Shown: positions 59,901 to 64,000 of the stretch, one piece after another
Layout: each line of letters opens with the position of its first letter
Numbering within the stretch: the first letter of the stretch is position 1
Source of the DNA: Malacoraja senta
Taxonomy: Eukaryota
DNA length: 64,000 nucleotides
Direction of reading: 5' to 3'
Assembly: GCA_038087875.1 (NCBI GenBank)
Contig: CM075993.1
Coordinates: 2,668,001 to 2,732,000, forward strand
Program-made: the position numbers and the translations under genes
The notes under the pieces: model-generated
What the model was told of the DNA's origin: nothing
Database searches by the model: none
Seen by the model: the letters and a program-made list of their open reading frames with translations, nothing else

Positions 59901-61941
59901 CACGGGAACATTTGGGTCTGCCCTGTCTCGGACCACGTCTGCACTCGGTTCTTTTTTGTGTGAGTATCGTGAAGAGGCCGAGATACGTCCACAAGTCACA
60001 GGAGCAGAATTAGGCCATTCGGCCCATCGAGTCTATCCCGCCATTCAGTCACGACTGACCCACCTTTCCCTCTCAACTCCATTCTCCTGCCTTCTCCCTG
60101 TAACCTTTGACACCGTTACTAATCAAGAACGTAACCATCTCCGCTGTAAAAATACCCAAATAGAATGATCAAACACATTCTTGGGATGGGTGAGTTGGGG
60201 GGGGGGGGGAGGGGAGAAGGATAGTGGGGCATATCTCTGTTTTTTTTAATCTCTCACTTCTTTGGCAGTTCAGGGGTCTTTTCTTCTCTTTTTTTTGTAT
60301 TTTTTCTTCTTTCTCTTCATTCTTTCCTTTTTACTTTTATTTTTGCCGATTCACTTTTCAGTTTATAAAATGTTTTTAAAATATTTTTAAAAATAACAAA
60401 AAAAATCAATGACATGGCCTCCACAGCCTTCTGCCAAGGACTACCTTATCAAAGGTCTTGCTAAAGTCTTTTAAAGACTTTTACTTTGCTAAAGTCCCTT
60501 TAGACAGTGGCCACCACACTCTCGTTAGTCCCACTAATCTGTAATTCTCGGGCTTTCCCTTACAGCTTTACTTAAACTGAGACACAACAATAGTCACTCT
60601 CCTGCTTCTGGTACCTCACCCATTGCATTCAATGCTACAAATATCTCAGCCAGAACCCCCACCATCTCTACCTGAGCTACCTACAATGTCCGAAGAAACA
60701 CTTCATTAGATCCCAGGAACGTCTTGATGGAGTCACAGCGTGGAAACAGGACCTTGGGCCCAACTTGCCCACACCGGCCAACATGTCCCAGCTACACTAG
60801 TCCCACCTGTCCATATCCCTCCAATCCTGTCTAACCGTTTCTTAAACGTTGGGATAGTCCCAGCCTCAACTACCTCATCTAGCAGCTTGTTCCATACACC
60901 CACCACCCTCTGTGTGATGTACTTGATAGCCAGAAATCTGCCAAATCCGATCCATTTCTGTCTCCACAACCCTCCTGGGCAGAGAATTTCGAAAGATTCG
61001 CCACCCTCTGCCTGAAGATTTCCTTCCACGCTTAAATCCAAAATAATCTACCCCTTACTCAGAGACTGATCTAATGTGGGGGGGGGGGGAAGGTTCAGGA
61101 GTTTAAATGTCTAAAGAAGTGTCCCGACCCGAAATGTTCTCCAGAGATGCGGTCTGACCTGCCGAGTTACTCCAGCACTCTGTGTCCTTTCGTGTAAACC
61201 AACATCTGCAGTTCCTTGTTTCTACTTCAAGTTTACTAATGACTCAGTATCAATCCGGATTAAAACAATTGTGACATCACCTTTGTAAATTAAGGATTTT
61301 TTGTGAGTATCCCAACCATTTGCTTAATAACATCACATACATTAATTTCCACATTTTTCTTTGTTGGAAGGAACTGCAGCCTGAAGATAAACACAAAATG
61401 CCAGAGTCATAGGCCTGTCCCACTTTCACGACCGAATTCACAACCTTTTTTACTCGTGGACATTTTTCATCAGGCTAGAAAAACGCCCCGACCTATTTGA
61501 TGCCACGTGTACCTATGACTAGCATCACGGCCTACCTACGACCTCATACGACCTCGTGACGACCATGCTGCGAGTATGAGTCAAGGGCAAACCCGGTCGT
61601 GTAAGTGGGACAGGCCCGTAACTCAGCAGGTCAGGCAGCATCTCTGGAGAAAAGGAATAGGTGATGTTTTGGGTCGAGACGCATATGGAGAAAGGACTCG
61701 ACCCGAAATGTCACCTATTCCTTCTCTTGCATTTTGTGTGCGTCTTGAACAATTTTTCTGCTTGTTGTTCGGCCTGGACATTTTCGAAAATCGTCACGCG
61801 CTCCAAGCTCCATCTCCCGGTAACTAAACTGGCATTGTCGTTTGCAGGTATGAAGATGGACAAGTTGGAGATGCCAACATCAATACTCAGGACCCCAAAA
61901 TCCAGAAGGAAATTATGCGTGTCATTGGCACTCAGGTTTAA
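2542..61941 (+). CDS. PARP6: PARP6 (protein mono-ADP-ribosyltransferase PARP6/ARTD17), spliced CDS over 21 visible coding exons, 1770 nt = 589 aa + stop (without the unseen 54-nt exon)
   Basis: Manual exon chaining gives [45 protein letters not shown]...[17 protein letters not shown]...GKGIYLSP...GNIWVCP...[10 protein letters not shown]. This is colinear with vertebrate PARP6 as I recall it. All introns are GT..AG and all phases are consistent. Confidence 0.97.
2716..3197 (-). mobile_element. Penelope-like element 3' fragment: GIY-YIG endonuclease C-terminus plus 3' repeat with hammerhead-like motif
   Basis: [33 protein letters not shown]...[21 protein letters not shown], followed by CTGAAGAAGGGTCTCAACCCTAAACGTC on the minus strand. 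Confidence 0.9.
5300..6022. mobile_element. Penelope-like element with inverted 3' duplication
   Basis: 5300-5533 is the reverse complement of ~5795-6020. A degraded GIY-YIG C-terminus lies at 5540-5735. Hammerhead-like motif at ~5928-5955. Confidence 0.85.
6091..6168 (+). CDS. PARP6: PARP6 coding exon [26 protein letters not shown]
   Basis: ttttctttAG|GAC...CAG|GTAAGG; 78 nt; phase 0-0. Confidence 0.96.
6579..6725 (-). mobile_element. Short SINE-like element with HDV/CPEB3-like ribozyme head and (AAG)n tail, copy 1
   Basis: Highly similar to 20565-20693. It interrupts a CR1 fragment. The 5' 54 nt fit the HDV double-pseudoknot descriptor. Confidence 0.85.
6672..6725 (-). ncRNA. Predicted minimal HDV-like (CPEB3-type) self-cleaving ribozyme
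   Basis: GGGGUGG(P1)-GA-GAUUGCA(P2)-ACC(P3)-UUCACGU(L3)-UGU(P3', one mismatch)-CCGCCCU(P1')-GU-UUCGA-CGAA(J4/2)-UGCAAUC(P2'). Confidence 0.8.
7037..7260 (-). mobile_element. Rex1/Babar LINE fragment
   Basis: Minus-strand peptide [27 protein letters not shown]...ILDNTAHPL. Confidence 0.7.
7631..7950 (-). mobile_element. Near full-length tRNA-derived V-SINE (HE1-like)
   Basis: A box TGGCGCAGCGG, B box GTTCGATCC, V-domain (GGTTTCCTCCCACACTCCAAAGA) and (CTAAA)n tail. Further copies at ~600-815, 5123-5295, 10865-11185, 14340-14660, 16815-17288, 17460-17770, 23180-23492, 24255-24565, 24858-25125, 26282-26733, 49922-50230 and 52910-53140. Confidence 0.9.
8603..8812 (-). mobile_element. Partial copy of a GC-rich short element (same family as 45584-45860)
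   Basis: ~210 bp with high similarity to 45654-45860; lacks the (GAT)n tail segment. Confidence 0.75.
9411..10262. repeat. Tandem array, ~11 x 66-67 bp, of a PLE 3'-repeat segment, with a palindromic cassette inserted at ~9712-9840
   Basis: Unit CAGAGTGCTGGAGTAACTCAGCGGGTCAGGCAGCATCTCTGGAGAACATGGATAGGTGACGTTTCA. Confidence 0.95.
11400..11731 (+). mobile_element. Rex1/Babar LINE 3' end
   Basis: [36 protein letters not shown], then 3'UTR with AATAAA and (CTTGAA)n tail. Confidence 0.8.
12872..13465 (+). mobile_element. CR1/HER1-type LINE 3' fragment
   Basis: [25 protein letters not shown]...[15 protein letters not shown] plus 3'UTR. Confidence 0.9.
13742..14070. repeat. GA-rich polypurine low-complexity tract
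   Basis: GGAGAGAGAGGG-like units; a second tract lies at ~15530-15940. Confidence 0.9.
14981..15150. mobile_element. Truncated PIF/Harbinger-like MITE
   Basis: Begins TAA-AGGGCCTGTCCCACTT like the other family members; no second TIR seen. Confidence 0.55.
16026..16120 (+). CDS. PARP6: PARP6 coding exon [31 protein letters not shown](R)
   Basis: ttttccAG|GGG...AG|GTAAGT; 95 nt. Confidence 0.97.
20565..20693 (-). mobile_element. HDV-ribozyme-headed SINE-like element, copy 2 (12-nt internal deletion)
   Basis: Flanked by TSD tcc(a/t)acacatt (20554-20564 / 20694-20704); (AAG)n tail; 5' end at GGGGTGG. Confidence 0.85.
20782..20842 (+). CDS. PARP6: PARP6 coding exon (R)[20 protein letters not shown]
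   Basis: tttccacAG|A...GAT|GTAAGT; 61 nt. Confidence 0.97.
22149..22527 (+). mobile_element. Young CR1 3' fragment nested in an antisense CR1 tail
   Basis: Nearly identical to 36721-37100. Confidence 0.9.
25707..25797 (+). CDS. PARP6: PARP6 coding exon [30 protein letters not shown](E)
   Basis: taatAG|GAA...G|GTAAGT; 91 nt. Confidence 0.97.
27217..27453. mobile_element. PIF/Harbinger-like MITE
   Basis: TIRs AGGGCCTGTCCCACTTGGG(T/C)GTCATTTGCG; TTA/TAA flanks; CpG-rich interior. Confidence 0.8.
27695..28313 (+). mobile_element. CR1/HER1-type LINE 3' fragment nested in a PLE-derived element
   Basis: ORF 27732-28214 is the CR1 ORF2 C-terminus; (TTTCTATG)n tail; PLE sequence resumes after it. 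Confidence 0.92.
28489..28852. mobile_element. PIF/Harbinger-like MITE carrying a captured CR1 fragment
   Basis: TIRs GCCCTGTCCCACTGTACGAGTTCATTCCAAGAGCTCTCC; related to 48305-48693. Confidence 0.8.
29406..29472 (+). CDS. PARP6: PARP6 coding exon (E)[21 protein letters not shown](K)
   Basis: gacAG|AG...AA|GTAAGT; 67 nt. Confidence 0.96.
30397..30712 (+). mobile_element. Full-length tRNA-derived V-SINE (HE1-like)
   Basis: GGCACGGTGGCGCAGCAGTAGAG...GTTCGATCC...V-domain...(CTAAA)n. Confidence 0.92.
30844..30993 (+). CDS. PARP6: PARP6 coding exon (K)[49 protein letters not shown](K)
   Basis: ttttgcAG|A...AA|GTACGG; 150 nt. Confidence 0.96.
31243..31593. mobile_element. hAT (Charlie-like) MITE
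   Basis: TIRs CAGGGGTCGGCAACCT / AGGTTGTCGACCTCTG; 8-bp TSD gtgtagat/gtgtaggt. Confidence 0.88.
32043..32193 (+). CDS. PARP6: PARP6 coding exon (K)[50 protein letters not shown]
   Basis: ctttgcAG|A...CAG|GTAAGA; 151 nt. Confidence 0.95.
32223..33475. mobile_element. Rearranged fold-back Penelope-like insertion with GIY-YIG endonuclease domain on the minus strand (33033-33443)
   Basis: [30 protein letters not shown]...HFN...RKLEE; inverted arms ~32351-32636 vs ~32832-33117; 13-bp TSD tactgattgtgga. Confidence 0.92.
34195..34598. mobile_element. Cluster of PLE-derived (subfamily B) direct and inverted segments
   Basis: Multiple GAAGGAAATAGGCAACGTTTCGGG and CCCGAAACGTTGCCTATTTCCTTC blocks. 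Confidence 0.85.
35788..37105 (+). mobile_element. 5'-truncated young CR1/HER1-type LINE (RT domain to 3' tail) inserted in a V-SINE
   Basis: [14 protein letters not shown]...[11 protein letters not shown]...VPQGSVLGP...[10 protein letters not shown]; a single in-frame TAG at 36428-36430; V-SINE halves on both sides. Confidence 0.95.
37543..37742. other. Assembly gap (200 N)
   Basis: Run of N; the left flank is mid-PLE element and the right flank is mid-CR1. Confidence 1.
38091..38186 (+). CDS. PARP6: PARP6 coding exon [32 protein letters not shown] (first half of the Cys-rich motif)
   Basis: tgttcAG|ACC...AAG|GTAAGT; 96 nt. Confidence 0.97.
38239..38724 (+). repeat. Tandem array of 11 x ~39-bp hammerhead-like motif units running into a PLE 3' repeat
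   Basis: Unit GAGTCTGAAGAAGGGTCTCGAC(T/C)TGAAACTTCATCTATT. Confidence 0.95.
40672..40764 (+). CDS. PARP6: PARP6 coding exon [31 protein letters not shown]
   Basis: acccAG|CCT...GAG|GTGGGT; 93 nt. Confidence 0.97.
41102..41938 (-). mobile_element. L2-clade LINE 3' fragment inserted in a V-SINE
   Basis: [10 protein letters not shown]...[11 protein letters not shown]...[17 protein letters not shown]...[10 protein letters not shown]...WNSLP...LKTHLF; (TAT)n tail. Confidence 0.92.
42351..42476 (+). CDS. PARP6: PARP6 coding exon [42 protein letters not shown]
   Basis: tttccAG|GTG...AAG|GTAAGA; 126 nt. Confidence 0.97.
44303..44368 (+). CDS. PARP6: PARP6 coding exon [22 protein letters not shown]
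   Basis: ttcttAG|AAG...CAG|GTATGT; 66 nt. Confidence 0.97.
45208..45403. mobile_element. PIF/Harbinger-like MITE
   Basis: ~45-bp TIRs GGCCTGTCCCACTTGCGCGACCTTTACAGGCGACTGCCGCGACCC. Confidence 0.8.
45584..45860 (-). mobile_element. Short GC-rich non-autonomous retroelement with (GAT)n tail, probably RTE-mobilised
   Basis: (ATC)n at 45584-45600; imperfect TSD act(t/c)tgtg(t/c)c; second copy at 8603-8812. Confidence 0.7.
46177..46244 (+). CDS. PARP6: PARP6 coding exon [22 protein letters not shown](W)
   Basis: ttgcAG|GGA...TG|GTACTC; 68 nt. Confidence 0.96.
46554..46978 (-). mobile_element. CR1 3' fragment inserted in a V-SINE
   Basis: [18 protein letters not shown]...[11 protein letters not shown] on the minus strand; SINE halves flank it. 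Confidence 0.9.
48183..48231 (+). CDS. PARP6: PARP6 coding exon (W)[16 protein letters not shown]
   Basis: tttccaAG|G...AGA|GTAAGT; 49 nt; uncommon AAG acceptor. Confidence 0.95.
48305..48693. mobile_element. Palindromic PIF/Harbinger-like MITE
   Basis: TIRs AGCCCCTGTCCCACTGTACGAGGTAATTCAAGAGTTCTCCCG; exact TAA TSD; almost entirely fold-back. Confidence 0.88.
49085..49525 (+). mobile_element. Rex1/Babar LINE 3' end
   Basis: [61 protein letters not shown] plus 3'UTR; related pieces at ~31800-32025 (+) and ~53530-54160 (-). Confidence 0.82.
49556..49727. mobile_element. hAT (Charlie-like) MITE
   Basis: TIRs CAGTGGTTCTTA / TAAGAACCACTG; perfect 8-bp TSD atctaagc. Confidence 0.9.
50381..50490 (+). 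CDS. PARP6: PARP6 coding exon [Q][36 protein letters not shown](H); alternative start 50378
   Basis: ttcaCAGCAG|TTG...CA|GTAAGT; 110 or 113 nt; tandem acceptor. Confidence 0.96.
50515..51049 (-). mobile_element. CR1 3' fragment
   Basis: [25 protein letters not shown]...[10 protein letters not shown] on the minus strand. Confidence 0.9.
52016..52088 (+). CDS. PARP6: PARP6 coding exon (H)[24 protein letters not shown]; completes the catalytic His codon CA|C
   Basis: ctctcAG|C...CAA|GTAGGT; 73 nt. Confidence 0.97.
53419..53488 (+). CDS. PARP6: PARP6 coding exon [23 protein letters not shown](G); contains the triad Tyr
   Basis: cttacaAG|CTG...G|GTAAGT; 70 nt; AAG acceptor. Confidence 0.97.
54675..55345 (+). 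mobile_element. CR1 3' fragment (different subfamily)
   Basis: ORF 54683-55225 [19 protein letters not shown]...[10 protein letters not shown]...FFTQRVV. Confidence 0.92.
55965..56044 (+). CDS. PARP6: PARP6 coding exon (G)[26 protein letters not shown]
   Basis: ttttgcAG|GG...CAG|GTATTA; 80 nt. Confidence 0.97.
56281..56685 (+). mobile_element. Short RTE/BovB-like non-autonomous element with (GAT)n tail
   Basis: The 5' part CACCTTGTCGTGGTGG...TGGTAGGGCCACCCATGGC...GGTC resembles RTE-clade 5' ends (Rex3/BovB/Sauria SINE, from memory). Tail GATGATGATG; TSD tgtaat(c/t)tact. Confidence 0.7.
56718..57945. repeat. Long compound (TG)n/(TGAG)n microsatellite
   Basis: ~1.2 kb of TG dinucleotides with recurring TCTGCGTGAG variants. 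Confidence 0.97.
58273..58336 (+). CDS. PARP6: PARP6 coding exon [21 protein letters not shown](V)
   Basis: ttctacAG|ACA...G|GTAGGA; 64 nt. Confidence 0.97.
58521..58706. mobile_element. PLE-derived fold-back element (representative of many copies)
   Basis: ~75-bp inverted arms centred on TTTCGG-C-CCGAAA; TSD tactgattc(cg/ta)gat. Confidence 0.9.
59328..59717. mobile_element. Tc1/mariner (Tigger-like) MITE with internal GC-rich palindrome
   Basis: TA-C(T/A)GGTCCACCAC ... GTGGTGGACCTG-TA; internal inverted repeat ~59438-59519. Confidence 0.7.
59875..59959 (+). CDS. PARP6: PARP6 coding exon (V)[27 protein letters not shown](V); contains the triad Ile
   Basis: tttcgtAG|TT...GT|GTGAGT; 85 nt. 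Confidence 0.97.
61412..61617. mobile_element. PIF/Harbinger-like MITE inserted in a PLE-derived element
   Basis: GGCCTGTCCCACTTTCACGACCG ... CGGTCGTGTAAGTGGGACAGGCC. Confidence 0.78.
61848..61941 (+). CDS. PARP6: PARP6 last coding exon (V)[30 protein letters not shown]
   Basis: tttgcAG|G TAT GAA...GTT TAA; stop at 61939-61941. Confidence 0.97.
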
Positions 61942-62269
61942 ACCAGCCAAACTTTGCAGAACACTGACAGAACGATCTAAAAGATGCCCTCCACAGATCT
62001 GAGACCCACCTCAATCATTTCCGATCTTCCTTCCCTGGGCTTTCGCAAGAATTCTTTATAAATATTTTCAGCAGGAAAGGTTTTTAAAGCCAGAACAAAA
62101 GAGAAATCAAACATCGTTTATCTCAAACCATGCATCAGTGCTGTAATGGTGTTATGATACATGTATATATATTTAAATATATATATATAGAATGTGCTTT
62201 TTTGTATGACTGTATTGTGTATGTTTGACAAGAAAATGTCATCAGTTTCATTAAATTATATGTATGAAA

Positions 62270-62275
62270 AATAAA
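62270..62275 (+). promoter_or_regulatory. Probable PARP6 polyadenylation signal AATAAA
   Basis: AATAAA ~330 nt after the stop, at the end of an AT-rich, TGTA-rich, repeat-free 3'UTR; repeats resume at ~62320. Confidence 0.7.
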
Positions 62276-64000
62276 TATTTTGCACAATTACGACTGAATA
62301 TGATTATATTTGGAGTTGTGAAGGAAGGAACTGCAGATGTTGGTTTATATCGAAGATAGACACTAAATGCTGGAGTAACTCAGTGGGACAGGCAGCATTT
62401 TTGGATAAACAGAGAATGCTGCCTGTCCCGCTGAGTTATTCCAGCAAAATGCTGTATTTTGAGTTGCCCAGTTGCTGCTTCCAATGGTAAAGACTATACT
62501 CGGCCCACCGAGTCCACATTGACCAGTGATCCTCGCACATGAACACTACCCTACACACACCAGGGACAATTTACAATTATACCAAGCCAATTTACCTACA
62601 AATCTGTACATCTTTGGAGTGTGGGATGAAACTGGAGCAGCTTTGATCTGTGGTAGTTCTCAGAGATGCTGCCCGACCCCTTGAGTTATTTCAGCATTTT
62701 GTGTCTATCTTAAACGTACACAGGAAGGGGAGGCACAGTCGCAGCTGGTTGAGCCATTATCTCACTGCACCAGAGTCCCGGGTTCAATCCTGACCTTGGG
62801 TGCTGTCTGTGCGATCGATGCACATTCTCCCTGTGACCAGGTGAGTTTCCTCCAGCTTACTCCAACATCCCAGCGACGTGTAGGCGCAGGGAGTGGATGT
62901 GCATTAGGCCATTCGGCCCATCAAGTCTATTCCACCATTCAATCATGGATGATCTATCTTCCCCCCTCAACCCCATTCCCTGCCTTCTCCCCATCAGGGT
63001 ATTGGCTAGAAGGAGAGGTTTGCAACATTTGGAGTATTTTCTCAGGAGTAATGGACGCAGTTATGCTTTCAGTTTAAGATTATAAGGCATTGACAGCCAT
63101 AACCTTTTTTACCCAGGGTGGAAACATTAAAGACTAGACGTGGCTTTCATAGGCACATTGATATTGCAGAGAAGGGTGGGATAGAACACAGAAACTTAGA
63201 AGATAGGTGCAGGAGTGGGCCATTCGGCCCTTTGAGCCAGCACCGCCATTCAAAATGATCATGGCTGATCATCCCCAATCAGTACCCCGTTCCTGCTTTC
63301 TCCCCATATATCTTGATTACATTAGCCTTAAGAGCTATAACTCTTGAAAACCTCCAGTGAATTGGCCTCCACTGTCTTCTGTGGCAGAGAATTCCATCAT
63401 GGATATGGATCACATACAGGCAGAGGAGATGAGTTGAAGAGGCCTTGAGATAGGCAAATGGTTATGCAGGGAATGAAGTTATATTGATCATGTAATGATG
63501 AGTTTAATATGACATCATGGTTGGCATGGACACTGGGCCGAAGGGCCTGTTCCTGTGCTGGGCTACTCTCTACAGCGCTGTCATCGTAGACAACTAGAAC
63601 ACACACACACACACACACCGGTCGATTCTTCGTGGAAACCAGGGATTAGAGTCGAGACCATCTTCGAGCAATAAAACACGAGACAGATTTGAGCTTTCCA
63701 CCGGACTGTACTTTATTTCAGTCAAAGCAGAATAGCGTTACCTACAGAACTACTTTCATTGTTTTACACTACATCAATCAGAATTACAGGGCGTGTGTTC
63801 TGTACAATCTCTAAGTTAAATTACATCTCTGGCAATAAAAGTGAGAGGGCAGAGAATCTTTCCACCCTCCGATAAATAAATACGAGCGGCATTATGGCAA
63901 TTAAATTATTAAAATTCAAGAAACAACAGTGATAAAAAAATGTCATCCAAAGTACTCAAATCTGATCATAAATAGCAAATAATAAATTATTTAAATATCA

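Noticed and set aside
61848..61941. PARP8 as an alternative identity for the gene
   Set aside because: The N-terminus (DIKGQxW), total length and exon peptides match PARP6, and the long PARP8-specific central insertion is not seen.

Overview
This is vertebrate genomic DNA from a cartilaginous fish. The HE1-type V-SINEs and CR1/HER1-type LINEs point to an elasmobranch, plausibly a skate or ray. The window holds essentially the whole coding region of one gene, PARP6 (mono-ADP-ribosyltransferase, H-Y-I triad), on the + strand. I read 20 coding exons with GT-AG junctions and consistent phases (6091-61941), plus a probable upstream exon (2395-2544) that supplies only the ATG. Together they give a 589-aa reading frame. 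One expected 54-nt exon (VSGHCKNIPTLEYGFLVQ in human, from memory) is not visible and may lie in the 200-N gap at 37543-37742. The introns are saturated with mobile DNA: CR1, L2, L1, Rex1/Babar, Penelope-like elements (PLE), V-SINEs, RTE-type short elements, and hAT, PIF/Harbinger and Tc1/mariner MITEs. The most notable signals are RNA-structural. First, a ~130-147 bp SINE-like element (two copies) starts at what folds as a minimal CPEB3/HDV-like ribozyme. Second, abundant PLE-derived short elements carry minimal hammerhead motifs and occur as TSD-flanked fold-backs and tandem arrays. There are also several local templated duplications. Nearly all ORFs in the provided track are spurious or TE fragments. 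No ribozyme activity can be established from sequence alone.
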